DNA from: a virus
Direction: 5' to 3' (one strand)
IMG/VR virus record: IMGVR_UViG_3300005690_000024
Coordinates: 32,001 to 96,000 of that record
DNA length: 64,000 nt
Under the pieces are notes generated by a model. It ran no database searches. It saw only the letters and a list, made by a program, of their open reading frames with translations, and had not been told where the DNA came from. Both the position numbers and the translations under genes were made by a program. Numbering within the stretch: position 1 is the first letter of the stretch; each line of letters begins with the position of its first letter. Shown piece by piece: positions 1 to 10,596 of this stretch.

Positions 1-2
1 CT

Positions 3-3000
3 GGAGGTACGGGACCTGGTGCTGGATTTGCGGGAACTGCTGTTGGTCAGATCAAGACATTGGCAGCAACATACCTTGGTCTGTACGAAGGCATCAACGC
101 AGTAATGCGTGAAATGGAACACGGCAAGGAAGTTCTGCGAAGTCAGTACGACACAGGGATTGTAGGTCAGCAAGAACTTGTGCGACAGACGCCGAATATT
201 GGAACCGAAGATATCGGCAATATGGCGAAGTGGGCACAGGAGAGCCAGAAAGAGTTGATGACGAGTCAGGAGAATATCCTGAACTTGGCAGGGTTCACAA
301 AGTCTATGGGTGTGACAGACCCTGAAGGCATGAAGCAGATGACATCACTGGCGCTGAAGGCGACTCGTGGTGATGTTGAGACTGCGCGTGGTCTGCAGCA
401 GTTGGCGTCAGTGTTGTTGAAGACTCAGGGTTCAAACAACTACAAGGGTGCTTTGGGACAAGCAAGGCAGATGGCAGAAGTGTCTGCGGGTGTCGTTGAA
501 TCGATCTTCAACGCAAACATCTCAGACCGATTGGTGACGATGTCGATCGCATCGCAGAACCAGAAGATTGATGGTCTGTCTGTGGAGCAGATCATGGAGT
601 TCATCGGCACTGGTTCGCGAACATTCTCGGATCAGTCGGGTGATAATATGTCCCGTGCTGTTCTGGTCGGTATTGACAAGTTGATCGATTTCAAGCCTCA
701 GAAGTCGTACAAGGGTGCTCGCGTTCCAGACGAGGTGATGGCGGCGTACAAGGCTGCTGGATCGGTTCAGGAACGATATGACGTCGTTTCACAAAGCAAG
801 GAACTCGGGTTTCAGTTTGCTGAGCGAATGGCTGCTGCACAAGGCCCGTTGGCTGGCATGATCGACAAGATGTTCACATCTTCTGAGTTTCGAAAGAACC
901 TGCTTGAGACTCAGAAGCTTGTCACCCCTCTTGAAGAGGCGGGTCAGTTCCTTGACGAGCAGACTCAGGAACTGCAGAAGAACACTGAAGTACTTGGGAT
1001 TGTGAATTCCACGTTGATGGGTCTTCAGGAAGTGCGAACATCCCCAAAGGGGATCGCAAGTGGCGCGACACAGAAACTCATGGATGATGTGTCGAAAATC
1101 GACTTGGCTGGTGTAGACTTCATGGCAACAGCACAAGGTGCGCTTGCAGAGAACTTGGCACGAAAGGAGATGCTGAGTAGTGGAATGCCATACAATGAGG
1201 CAATGCTGAAACTTCAGAATGTGCAAACGATCATTCGTCAACAAAAATCGAAGGGGATGCCTGAAGACTCAGCAGCAATGATGCAGTTGCGTGAGATTGA
1301 GAATGGTCTTGCTGAACTTGCAGATAAGATAACGCAGGTGATGACTCCAGCAGAGAAGGAGTTGCGCGAGATCAATGCGAAGCTGACTCCATATGACACA
1401 AAACGTGCGCTCGCACCAGGGCAAATGGAGCAGAATCGACAGCGACGTGAAGAGATACAGGAGTTGAGAAAGCGTCGAGATGTTTTGCTTACGCCAGAGG
1501 GTCAGGCAGAGTTTAATCGTGACGCAAAGATGAAGGATAATATTCGCGGGGTATTCCGCGATGAAGTCAATGGCGGTGGTGCTGTTGGTGGCAAGGCAAT
1601 GCCGAAGGGTGTGATCAATATTCAGGGTGGCGGAGGAGGTCTCTTTAGCGTTCCGGCAGAAGTCTTACGAAAGGCTGCGATGCCTTCAAAGAAGACAGAC
1701 TTCCTGGGTGAAGTTCAGGCGGCAGCGTCAGCACTCAAACAAGAGCGAGAGGCGTCAGGTCGTGCTGCGTTCCCCAAGTCGAACAGGTTCGTAGAGAACG
1801 GTGCGTTGCGAGCACACATGGCAACGGGCAAGGTGGGAGACATCTTCAGTGGTCTACCAGCAAACGGGTCGTCTCTTCAGGCGGCAGGGATGGCTGGTAA
1901 TCTACGGGCGAAGATGGGAGAGATTGAACCTGGACTCATGGGCGCCGCAATGAGGCAGGCGAACGGGTATAACGGGTTCGTTGCTGCCATGAACGATCCG
2001 AATAGGCTCACGCCTGCCGAGAAAGAGCGAATCGCCAAAGCAGCAGCCGAGCGAATCGTCAACGGCGGTGCTGCGGCTGATCCAACGAACCTTGGGAAGC
2101 GATTCGGAAAAGGCAGCCCGATTGCGGTTGATTCAGCCTTCGTGCAAACAGGAAAGACATGGTGGGAGCGTGAGCAGTCAGCACAGGCGGCTGGTAATGT
2201 TCGGCTCGACATGGCGATGCCGGAAGGGTCAGCCCGCGCTGTGAGAGCCGCGAAGGCAAAGATGGAGGCAAAGCGACTGGGGCTTGTTCCTGTCGAAGAA
2301 CCACTGACAAAGAAGCAGTTGGCGACACCAGAGGGAAGGGCGGAGCAAAAGGCACGAGAACTTCGCGCGCAGCGTATTAAAGACCTCGGACTTGAGAATT
2401 CGATCGTCGATTCAGCAAAGGCGGCGTCGAACCAAGTGTCAGGCAACCTGAATGGCGGTCAGGATCGGTTCAGGGGGTTGCTGAAAGAGGCGGTTGACGA
2501 CGCGAAGGCATGGGAGGCGATGTCGTCACCAGAGGCCAAAGATCTTGTTGGTGCAATTGCTGATAAGCGTAGTCCTGATCCAAAGATGCCGTTCGGTGAG
2601 GTGGTTGTTCCGAAGAAGAAGAAGGTTGAGTCTGAGAGCATGCACCCTCCGATGGAGCAGGTCAAAGAAGCGGCACCTCCAATGGAGTCAGTGCCTGTTC
2701 CTGACCCGAACGTTCCAAACACGAACTGGCGTGAGGCCGTGAATGCATCCAGGATGTTTAGATCTTCGGAGGCTGCACCAAATAGCGAAGGGAACGATTG
2801 GTGGAATGCAAAGGCGTTCTACGGAAAGAACGTTCAGTCAGATGGCCTGGAAACCGGGATAGCGTTAAATGAAGAGGCCCTTCGGAGAATAGAGGCCGAT
2901 GCCAATGATGGTTTGGATGATCTGATAAAGAAGAGGGATGCTGCCGAACAAAAACTCGATGAAGGAAAGGCCAAGTTGGATAAAATCAAGAACGAAGGAA

Positions 3001-3389
3001 TGTCGCATCGTGAAGACAAGAAAATGTATAAGTCAGCCAATCCATTCTCCTGGTTCACTGGAGGTGCATCCAAGTTTATGGAGCACGATCGGAAGGAGAA
3101 GGAACAGATGCAGAAGTACGAGGAACTGCTACCAGCAGTAAAGGCTGATTTAGGGACGTGGCAAAATCTTGAGAGCGAAGTTCGGCAGAAGCAGAGACAG
3201 AAAGCAGCCACAACGAACGACGCTGTTATGCCTCAGTCCTCAGTGGACCCAGAGATGAAAGACATTCTCAAGCAGTTGGCAGTCGCGTTGATGGCGTTTG
3301 AGAACAAGTCAAAGGGCGTTGCTGTTCCAGAAGTCCGGACGGCAAGAATTCCGACTCCGAGACAGCCTGTTGCCACGAGTGTATCGTAG
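3..3389 (+). CDS. Tail tape-measure-like protein, 5'-truncated by the window edge
   Basis: Frame is open from base 3 (GGTGPGAGFAGTAVGQIKTLAATY...). More than 1100 aa, Ala/Gln/Glu/Lys-rich and helical-looking, upstream of tail-like genes. No diagnostic motif, so the call is positional and compositional. Confidence 0.55.
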   Translation, partial: GGTGPGAGFAGTAVGQIKTLAATYLGLYEGINAVMREMEHGKEVLRSQYDTGIVGQQELVRQTPNIGTEDIGNMAKWAQESQKELMTSQENILNLAGFTKSMGVTDPEGMKQMTSLALKATRGDVETARGLQQLASVLLKTQGSNNYKGALGQARQMAEVSAGVVESIFNANISDRLVTMSIASQNQKIDGLSVEQIMEFIGTGSRTFSDQSGDNMSRAVLVGIDKLIDFKPQKSYKGARVPDEVMAAYKAAGSVQERYDVVSQSKELGFQFAERMAAAQGPLAGMIDKMFTSSEFRKNLLETQKLVTPLEEAGQFLDEQTQELQKNTEVLGIVNSTLMGLQEVRTSPKGIASGATQKLMDDVSKIDLAGVDFMATAQGALAENLARKEMLSSGMPYNEAMLKLQNVQTIIRQQKSKGMPEDSAAMMQLREIENGLAELADKITQVMTPAEKELREINAKLTPYDTKRALAPGQMEQNRQRREEIQELRKRRDVLLTPEGQAEFNRDAKMKDNIRGVFRDEVNGGGAVGGKAMPKGVINIQGGGGGLFSVPAEVLRKAAMPSKKTDFLGEVQAAASALKQEREASGRAAFPKSNRFVENGALRAHMATGKVGDIFSGLPANGSSLQAAGMAGNLRAKMGEIEPGLMGAAMRQANGYNGFVAAMNDPNRLTPAEKERIAKAAAERIVNGGAAADPTNLGKRFGKGSPIAVDSAFVQTGKTWWEREQSAQAAGNVRLDMAMPEGSARAVRAAKAKMEAKRLGLVPVEEPLTKKQLATPEGRAEQKARELRAQRIKDLGLENSIVDSAKAASNQVSGNLNGGQDRFRGLLKEAVDDAKAWEAMSSPEAKDLVGAIADKRSPDPKMPFGEVVVPKKKKVESESMHPPMEQVKEAAPPMESVPVPDPNVPNTNWREAVNASRMFRSSEAAPNSEGNDWWNAKAFYGKNVQSDGLETGIALNEEALRRIEADANDGLDDLIKKRDAAEQKLDEGKAKLDKIKNEGMSHREDKKMYKSANPFSWFTGGASKFMEHDRKEKEQMQKYEELLPAVKADLGTWQNLESEVRQKQRQKAATTNDAVMPQSSVDPEMKDILKQLAVALMAFENKSKGVAVPEVRTARIPTPRQPVATSVS

Positions 3390-3436
3390 GTAATGCCACA
3401 AAATGGGCGGTTCAATGTGCCGCCCAGTCATAATGA

Positions 3437-3835
3437 GTGAAAGAAAGGTTCCAGAAGATGTCAGGTATCACGGCAGAACAAGCGGTTGAGATGATCCAGC
3501 CAGGCGAGAACCCATCCGATGCGTATACACGTATCTTCGCACATCAGTGCAAGCCATGCGACTTTCGCAGATGGTTCTCGATGCTGAAGCAGAGCAAAGA
3601 ATGCAAGGAGATCAGTGAAACCGTTGCGCAGGACATTAGTGTCCTGATCGAAGAGGGACTTGACGATCACGCGGCATTCCTGGAGATGTACCCGAACTAC
3701 GTGACGCATGCGGCATTCGACACTGCATGGATCAGGAAGAAACGTAAGAAGCCTGTACCTGTTGTTGAGGAAGTTGTAGAGGAAGACGCGATTTCTGAAG
3801 ATTTGGCAATCAATATCGACGCACCGCTCGTATAG
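3437..3835 (+). CDS. Hypothetical protein
   Basis: 132-aa ORF filling the gap between tail genes. Its TAG stop lies within a CGTATAGGTACT motif. Confidence 0.6.
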   Translation: MKERFQKMSGITAEQAVEMIQPGENPSDAYTRIFAHQCKPCDFRRWFSMLKQSKECKEISETVAQDISVLIEEGLDDHAAFLEMYPNYVTHAAFDTAWIRKKRKKPVPVVEEVVEEDAISEDLAINIDAPLV

Positions 3836-3843
3836 GTACTGAG

Positions 3844-4230
3844 ATGACTATCACGCACAACAGCATCGTGTTCCCACACATCTTCCACGAGAACCCACTG
3901 TATGGGCCGTTCCAGTCCCCTGTGACGGTCCAGACGTGGCTAGGCGTGCGTGGGGCGAAGGTCAGGACGTATTCCGCTCAGACGCGGGAGATCACGCTGG
4001 AGGCGACTCTGACGGGGTTCTCGACGGAGGCGGCATACAACGCAGCTCGCGTGTTGCTGGAGCAGTACAAGAACAACGGACTGAATGGCACGCTGACTAT
4101 CGATTCTACGTCGTTCACACTCTGTGTGTTCTTGGGGTGGGAACCGCGAGGTATTCACTTCTTGGATGGTTCTGGTCAGAACGGGTGGACTCAGTTTGGT
4201 CAGTTGAAGTGGTTGCAGGTTGCTAGTTAG
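3844..4230 (+). CDS. Putative tail component
   Basis: 128 aa, beta-rich, directly after the tape-measure region. The ATG is 13 nt after the start of a TATAGG motif and has no SD, so it may be leaderless. Confidence 0.5.
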   Translation: MTITHNSIVFPHIFHENPLYGPFQSPVTVQTWLGVRGAKVRTYSAQTREITLEATLTGFSTEAAYNAARVLLEQYKNNGLNGTLTIDSTSFTLCVFLGWEPRGIHFLDGSGQNGWTQFGQLKWLQVAS

Positions 4231-4238
4231 GGGTAATC

Positions 4239-6491
4239 GTGGTTGATGTAACAGAAGAGACAGCACTGATTGCGTATCAGCCGACGTGGGCGTGTCGTGT
4301 CTCCAGCGAGACAGACCCAGTTCACGGGGCGATGCCGCCGATTCTGAAGTCTGACCTGAGCACCATTCTGCTGCCACGTAAAGTCGGTGTGTACGCTGGT
4401 GGTCATCGTATGGACTATGCGGAGGTGGAGTTCATCTTGAGTGGTCCGATTCTGGATCAGGATCAGCCTGCTGAGTTCACGAAGATGGTCGATGTGTTGA
4501 TGCCGACCAGTGATAGTGAGCGAGAGGTCGGGGAAGACGGTAGTTTTGACTTCGAGACATCGAACAAGCGAGTGTTCCTCGGTGACTTCCTCGCCCAGTT
4601 AGATACGGTAAACAGCGGCGGTGAATCGATCAACGGGCAGGTGCAGATGCGCCCGAACTTGTATGGCATCCCATTTGGTGGCGTGAAGTGGTGGGATGTA
4701 CGGGAGTCTGAGTTCGTTGAGATCTCTGGCACCGATGCGATGTTCAATCCGAATATCGACGGTACTGTGATGCCGAATCGTTCGGATAAGAAGATCCCTG
4801 ATGACGATCAGGAAACCACATACGGATGGACGGACGCGGAAGTTGGCGTGAATGCGTTCTCGATGACGTATCACGATCAGATTCCATCGATGTTCACGCT
4901 GAAAGACGCAGTGGCGTCTGTGATGTGGACATGCAATCCAGATGAGGTGTTTATCAGGAATGCACGCAATGCAGACCTTGCAGTGCTGGATGATGCGCCA
5001 CCAGTTGAAGATGTGATCATTGAGGGTGGCAGGTACTTGCCGTTCTACCTTGACGCATTGCTGCACCCTGTTGGATACAACTGGACGACTGACTACGACC
5101 AGGAACCAGAGGAAGAGACAGAGACAAATCTTGAGTACGAGCGTCCAAAGATCCGGGTATTTAAGAAGGGTGTTGGTGATGAGGTCTACCTGAATTGGCA
5201 GCGTCCAGATGCTGTACTCGTGCTGGCGACAGGTAATGATGCTGCTTCAACAGGAAGCGATATCAACCAGTATGTACTGGCTCGCAATATTGGCGATTCC
5301 GTCAACCGAATTCGGATCTGGGGGGATTACATCCGAGCTGAGGTGACGGTTCCGCTTTACCCAGCCTGGCCCGCTGGTGATGATGAACTGACGGCTGAAG
5401 ACCTGGATAAGTCAGCGGAGGGGTCAGTCTACCAGTTGCATCGTGACGCTCACCGTCGATGGGTGGCGAACGAGAGCGGTGAGTGGTTTGGGTTGAGGAC
5501 GGGCACGTTCTATCCGATCCCAGAAGATCCACCAGACTTCAGTGCGATCTTTGCGCTGCCTGAGTATGTTGGCGCCGAAGAGGCGGAACGTGTCCATACG
5601 ACAACAATTCCGATCCGTCGCAAGATGGAAGGTCCGCTGACATATACGGGGACATCAGACAATCCTTCGCGTCGTGACTTGCACCTTGAGTTCAGCCTTG
5701 AGGGGCCGACATGGGCAGAGGTGATTGCAGGTGGTGAAGAGGCATTGGCAGCAGAGGCCGCGCGTGAGTGGATGCAGTGGCGAATCTCTGATGATGCTGA
5801 CGGAAATACGGGGCTTGGTTCGTGGTCTGTGATGGCAGACCAGATTGGGATTGAGTTCAATAACCAGCGTCCACCGATTGATGCTGACGACTATCTGGAA
5901 GCGTGGGAGGCAGGCAAGCTGCGACTGCGGATCACGGGTACGATCGTTTCAGACCATCGGCTGCATAATGACGAGGCAGAGCAGACGGCAGGGGTGTCAG
6001 CGAACGCCCGTGAGAATATTCTGGATCTGCATCTGCACCAGAAGTATCGGTACTGGTTCGTCGTGAAAGAGGGCATTGAAGACCGCCCTGAACTGGCTGA
6101 GTCGAAGTACAAGAGTGTACTTGCTGGTGAAGAGGCTGGTGCAGACGAGCATGACGATCGTGAAGCTATGAACGAGTATGCGATCGCATTGGTGACGCAG
6201 GCTCAGAACGCTGAATACGATCTTGACGCAGGTCTTCCAGGGTGGCACACGAACCTGAAGATTGGCGATCTGCTGGTGAAGATCAACGGGCGAAACATCT
6301 CGCTGAATCAGAGCGTTGATGATGAGCAGCCAGCGTATTGTCAGATCGTTGGTCTCGAATACGTGTTTGATGATCAGATGGGTCCAATGACGTTTCTGTT
6401 GGTGGATCGTGGAACCAAGTACGTTTCCGATGTGAACACGCGCCGTAAGCGTAGAGTCACCGATGGTGAGAACAAGCAATTCGTAGATTGA
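4239..6491 (+). CDS. Large acidic virion protein (tail or baseplate hub-like)
   Basis: 750 aa, acidic, in the position usually taken by distal-tail or hub genes. No recognised motif. Confidence 0.5.
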   Translation: MVDVTEETALIAYQPTWACRVSSETDPVHGAMPPILKSDLSTILLPRKVGVYAGGHRMDYAEVEFILSGPILDQDQPAEFTKMVDVLMPTSDSEREVGEDGSFDFETSNKRVFLGDFLAQLDTVNSGGESINGQVQMRPNLYGIPFGGVKWWDVRESEFVEISGTDAMFNPNIDGTVMPNRSDKKIPDDDQETTYGWTDAEVGVNAFSMTYHDQIPSMFTLKDAVASVMWTCNPDEVFIRNARNADLAVLDDAPPVEDVIIEGGRYLPFYLDALLHPVGYNWTTDYDQEPEEETETNLEYERPKIRVFKKGVGDEVYLNWQRPDAVLVLATGNDAASTGSDINQYVLARNIGDSVNRIRIWGDYIRAEVTVPLYPAWPAGDDELTAEDLDKSAEGSVYQLHRDAHRRWVANESGEWFGLRTGTFYPIPEDPPDFSAIFALPEYVGAEEAERVHTTTIPIRRKMEGPLTYTGTSDNPSRRDLHLEFSLEGPTWAEVIAGGEEALAAEAAREWMQWRISDDADGNTGLGSWSVMADQIGIEFNNQRPPIDADDYLEAWEAGKLRLRITGTIVSDHRLHNDEAEQTAGVSANARENILDLHLHQKYRYWFVVKEGIEDRPELAESKYKSVLAGEEAGADEHDDREAMNEYAIALVTQAQNAEYDLDAGLPGWHTNLKIGDLLVKINGRNISLNQSVDDEQPAYCQIVGLEYVFDDQMGPMTFLLVDRGTKYVSDVNTRRKRRVTDGENKQFVD

Positions 6492-6499
6492 GGTGAGCG

Positions 6500-6964
6500 A
6501 TGGAAAAGAACAGGGACTTTCTATTCCCTCGTCGTCAGCCGCGAATTGTTGAGGCTGGTGGAGGCGGAGGCGGTGGGGGAGGTGGTGCATTTATTAACTT
6601 CACTGTTGTCGATGTGTTCTGTCCAGGCGATTATGACAACGATGACCCAGACAACCGATTTTACGTAGAGGCGACGGTCGATGCTTACAGTGCTTCATGC
6701 ACAGCGGCTCCTTATGGGTTCGATGAGTACACAAATACCATTCGTGTTTACGATTCTTGCATTCTTCAGTATTACACAGAGGATCAGTTGCTCGGTATAG
6801 GAACAATAACAGGACTACCACTTTCAGGGTTTGCGGTTCTGATGCGTCCGTTTCGCACAGGAGAGTGTGTCCCGTACTGGGAGTGTAAGTCAGTCTGCGG
6901 TGAGCCAACCTGCGGTAACTCATGGTCGCCTCCTGATCCCGACGAAGAGGAAATTGAAGAATGA
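6500..6964 (+). CDS. Gly-tract, Cys-rich putative virion protein
   Basis: 154 aa with a GGGGGGGGG linker and many Cys. Overlaps the next gene by ATGA. Confidence 0.6.
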   Translation: MEKNRDFLFPRRQPRIVEAGGGGGGGGGGAFINFTVVDVFCPGDYDNDDPDNRFYVEATVDAYSASCTAAPYGFDEYTNTIRVYDSCILQYYTEDQLLGIGTITGLPLSGFAVLMRPFRTGECVPYWECKSVCGEPTCGNSWSPPDPDEEEIEE

Positions 6965-9045
6965 GTACTGTCGGGCCAAATCTCGGTATGGGGCCTGTTC
7001 ATTATCAGGTCCACAAGATCAAGAAGTGCGACGAAAAGGTTATTGATTCGTGCAAGTCAAGCACAGGCTGTTGCGCTGTTGTTTCGTGCGAGTATTGCCT
7101 GAAATGGGAGGCATATGGTGAGGAGCCTGTCTTTGGTTTAGCCTCGTCGACAGGTGAGGGGGGTATCACTGGTGAGGTCGATGGGATGGAGTTTGTCGCT
7201 GATTGGGTTCGACGCGACACGCCAGTCATTGAGGATGAATACGAAAACTCAGTCGGAATGCGTTTTGCGAAGATACCCGCTGGCGCGTTTTATATGGGCA
7301 GCCCAGAGGATGAAGTTGGTCGTGACGCCGATGAAGAACGAGTACTGATTAACTTCGAAGACGACTTCACGCTTCAGACGACACAAGTCACTCAGGTACA
7401 GTACGAAGCAGTCGTTGGTTCCAATCCCAGTACATTTCTCGACCCAGCCAATCCTGTCGAGACACTCACCTACGCACAGGCTCAGGCGTTCTGTTCAATC
7501 CTGTCCTCTCTCCCGGAAGAGATAGCAGCAGGCCGATCGTATCGCTTGCCTACAGAAGCAGAGTGGGAGTATGGATGTCGAGCACGTTTGGAGACGCCAT
7601 ATAATTACGGGACAGATCCTGGACTGCTTTCAGATAACGCATGGTTCGAAGACAACAGTGGGGGTATGACGCATCCTGTCGGAGAGAAGTCTGCTAACAG
7701 GTGGGGCCTGAGCGACATGCACGGGAACGTCTGGGAGTGGGCGAGCAAATCCCGTCTGGGCGGAACGGAGACTGACCAAGTAATACGCGGCGGTGCATAC
7801 GACTCGCCGGAGGAAGAGTGTCGTTCTGCTGAACGGGAACTTGTTCCAGAGGACATAGCGGAGAGTAACATTGGCTTCCGTGTTCTGATGGTGCCGACAC
7901 CCCAGATTCAATCGATGTGTTTTCTTGATGTCTACGTCAACGATGTCCTGCAGGCTCAAATCCCGCTCTGTGGTGAAACCGGCGTGACATGCCGAAACCT
8001 GTCGTACATCCTTGGTCAACTGGTCACGAAGAATGACTATTACGGATACGAGACTGAGCCGGGGGAACTGAGTTGGACGCGACGAGAACTCAGGCCGATG
8101 CCGCTTCGCAAGGATGAGTTTCTTTGCACGCACAAATTCTGTGGGAACTGTGACTGCACATGCCGCGAGCTGTGCGTTACCTTCACAATACCGGCTGTCT
8201 ACATTGGGCTTGATGATGATCTGACTTGCACGACAGTTCTTGCAGAGTCTGAGTACCAGACAGATTGCGACGGTCCAGTGTGGGAAGGTGAGGTTCAGTG
8301 CGGCGACAAAACGAAGTATCTGTCGTTTGCGATTGAAAAGGATGTGTATTCGGACGACTGTGTTTTTGTCGCACAGGTCAATGATGAGGAGATCACGTAT
8401 CCGCTGTACGATTGCAGCGATATCGACTTCACTTTTGAACTTGAGGATGGCACATCGATCACAGTTCGCTGCAAGGGTTGCGAAGAATGTGAAGAGGTTT
8501 GCCCAGACGATGCATGTGCGTGTGAGTTCTCGACACCAACGTGTGTGCGTGGTGATATTGTGTCGACGACAGAACCGGATGACGAGTGTGCTGGTGATGT
8601 TGTTGCTGGAAGTCCGATCACCGTTCCTGGCGGTTGGGATAAACCGTGGGTTGAAGGCGAAGACACAGCGAATCAGTACATTTTCGATGGGTTCAATATC
8701 ACAATTCCATGTGGCCTTGACCCGCTTGCTCTGATTGGCGTCTTGGTTCGCAGAAGCCCGAACCCAACCGAGGATGCTCCGGGAGTCGATTACAATATCG
8801 TCGAGCCGTGTGATTATTACTTGGTCATGTACGATGCACTTGGTAATGTGGCGAGTATCAATTACTCCTACGCCCTGTGCTGCTCACCAGCGTTCGCATC
8901 TCCGCTTTGTACAACGCGACTTGTTTGGATAAAGTTCTCTGGCGTCCCGGCTGGGCGTGGCGTGTATGACTTCATCTTCTGGCGACCTCGCGGAACTGAC
9001 CTGATCACTTCTTGTGGAATGGATGAAAACCCATGCGAATCGTAG
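6961..9045 (+). CDS. Cys-rich putative tail-associated protein containing an FGE-sulfatase (C-type-lectin fold) domain
   Basis: Domain at about 7246-7890: NSVGMRFAKIPAGAFYMGS...YRLPTEAEWEYGCRA...NRWGLSDMHGNVWEW...RGGAY...CRSAER...IGFRV, the FGE/SUMF1 signature, flanked by Cys-rich sequence. Confidence 0.85.
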   Translation: MSTVGPNLGMGPVHYQVHKIKKCDEKVIDSCKSSTGCCAVVSCEYCLKWEAYGEEPVFGLASSTGEGGITGEVDGMEFVADWVRRDTPVIEDEYENSVGMRFAKIPAGAFYMGSPEDEVGRDADEERVLINFEDDFTLQTTQVTQVQYEAVVGSNPSTFLDPANPVETLTYAQAQAFCSILSSLPEEIAAGRSYRLPTEAEWEYGCRARLETPYNYGTDPGLLSDNAWFEDNSGGMTHPVGEKSANRWGLSDMHGNVWEWASKSRLGGTETDQVIRGGAYDSPEEECRSAERELVPEDIAESNIGFRVLMVPTPQIQSMCFLDVYVNDVLQAQIPLCGETGVTCRNLSYILGQLVTKNDYYGYETEPGELSWTRRELRPMPLRKDEFLCTHKFCGNCDCTCRELCVTFTIPAVYIGLDDDLTCTTVLAESEYQTDCDGPVWEGEVQCGDKTKYLSFAIEKDVYSDDCVFVAQVNDEEITYPLYDCSDIDFTFELEDGTSITVRCKGCEECEEVCPDDACACEFSTPTCVRGDIVSTTEPDDECAGDVVAGSPITVPGGWDKPWVEGEDTANQYIFDGFNITIPCGLDPLALIGVLVRRSPNPTEDAPGVDYNIVEPCDYYLVMYDALGNVASINYSYALCCSPAFASPLCTTRLVWIKFSGVPAGRGVYDFIFWRPRGTDLITSCGMDENPCES

Positions 9046-9155
9046 TGGCGGAAATCTTCCTTGTGTGTGGCGTTGTTTTGTGTGCGGCAATGGTTGCAGC
9101 AGCGGTAACAACATGGGCGACACTGCCTGAGTATGTGCATCACGTTCGGAGGTAA
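9033..9155 (+). CDS. Small membrane peptide (40 aa)
   Basis: MRIVVAEIFLVCGVVLCAAMVAAAVTTW..., one hydrophobic helix, fills the gap between two genes. Below the ORF-track size cutoff. Confidence 0.35.
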   Translation: MRIVVAEIFLVCGVVLCAAMVAAAVTTWATLPEYVHHVRR

Positions 9156-9156
9156 C

Positions 9157-10596
9157 ATGGGGCTGACTCGCAAATTTATGAACGAGCACGGGCGATGGGT
9201 CCGCGAGCACACGCCAACGTCGCGTGAGACACGGGCGATTCATCGCGCAAGTCGACGGACGATTCGGGAACCTGTCGGCACTGCAATGACTCGGCGGATT
9301 GAGGGATTGATCGGAGTGCGTGGCGGTAAGGGATGTGACTGCAAAGACATCGCACAGAAGATGGATCTTTGGGGAATCACTGGCTGTGAAAAACACCGTA
9401 CGTCAATCATTAACGCAATCCTCGCCAACCGCGAAAAACTGGAAGTGTCACTTCGCACTGCGGCTGTTGAATTCACAAAGTCGGAAGGGATTGTCGAAGC
9501 AGCATCACTCGGGCTGAAACTCGTCGGCGACTGGTGGCATCACAAGGATGTTCAGACAGAAGCGTTTACCCGTGGTGCGCATTGGCTGCTGGATAAGTCG
9601 ATCGAAGATGTTCGAAATGGTGTTGTCACCACGTCGGGAATCGTTAGGAAGCCTCCAGCACAGCAGCCTGCGCAATCAGGCCCCACTCGCAGGCGTCGTC
9701 GTGGTTTCTTCCGATCAGATGGGAATTATCCTCGATTCATCACCACACAGCAGTTCCAGCACGACATCAAGACACTGGTCGGTCTGATTCCGCCAGACAT
9801 CACAGCAATCGCAGGCGTGGCTCGTTCTGGTCTATCGGCGGCGACGATGATCAGCATGTATCTTCATCTGCCAATGATCACGATCCGGCAGACGATGAAT
9901 GACATTGTCCCGACTGGGAATGGATGGCGTCTCGGCGGTTCACGTCACGTTGACCCAAAAGGAAAGATACTTGTCGTCGATGATACTGTGATGACAGGGA
10001 ACAGTTTGAAAGCAATCCGACCGCTGGTGCAATCACAGCTCGGCAACGCGGTCTACGCGACGGTCTACTGCAATCCGCACGCAGCGCACAAACCGGACAT
10101 CTTCGCGGTCAGTCTCGGTTGGCCGCATATGCTGGAGTGGAATATTTTCAATTCGATTCTGTCGCCATCTGTGGCGATGGACTTCGACGGAATTCTATGT
10201 CAGGACTGCCCCGCTGGATCGGATGATGATGGCGAACGATACCTCGACTTCATCCAGAATGCTCGCCCGCTTTACGTTCCTCGCCGATGCCCTGTTCCCC
10301 TGATCGTGACGGCGAGAATTGAGAAGTATCGCAAGCCGACTGAGGAATGGTTGAGGCGTCACGGTATCAGTTGGCACAAACTGGTGATGCATCCGGCGAA
10401 GACTCTGCGGGAGCGGCAGAAGGATAACATCCCGGCGTACAAGGCAAAGCATTATTCAGACTGGGCACTCAAGCACAGACCAACTCCTGGCCCGATTGTG
10501 TTCATGGAATCAGAGGACTGGCAGGCACAGAGGATTGCTCAGATTTCGGGGCGAATGGCAGTTTGCCCATCAACAGCAGGAGTCTACTTGAAGTGA
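9157..10596 (+). CDS. Multi-domain protein: N-terminal Cys-containing region, type I phosphoribosyltransferase domain and HAD-like domain
   Basis: PRPP-binding motif KILVVDDTVMTGNSL and AGVARSG loop; HAD motif I VAMDFDGIL. GGAGG RBS before ATG 9157. Confidence 0.8.
   Translation: MGLTRKFMNEHGRWVREHTPTSRETRAIHRASRRTIREPVGTAMTRRIEGLIGVRGGKGCDCKDIAQKMDLWGITGCEKHRTSIINAILANREKLEVSLRTAAVEFTKSEGIVEAASLGLKLVGDWWHHKDVQTEAFTRGAHWLLDKSIEDVRNGVVTTSGIVRKPPAQQPAQSGPTRRRRRGFFRSDGNYPRFITTQQFQHDIKTLVGLIPPDITAIAGVARSGLSAATMISMYLHLPMITIRQTMNDIVPTGNGWRLGGSRHVDPKGKILVVDDTVMTGNSLKAIRPLVQSQLGNAVYATVYCNPHAAHKPDIFAVSLGWPHMLEWNIFNSILSPSVAMDFDGILCQDCPAGSDDDGERYLDFIQNARPLYVPRRCPVPLIVTARIEKYRKPTEEWLRRHGISWHKLVMHPAKTLRERQKDNIPAYKAKHYSDWALKHRPTPGPIVFMESEDWQAQRIAQISGRMAVCPSTAGVYLK

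Noticed and set aside
2590-2710. Lys- and Pro-rich low-complexity stretches in the first ORF as separate elements
   Set aside because: They are explained by coding bias within one continuous reading frame.
7246-7890. Diversity-generating retroelement targeting the FGE domain
   Set aside because: No reverse transcriptase ORF and no second copy of the domain's 3' region seen in this window. It cannot be excluded elsewhere in the genome.
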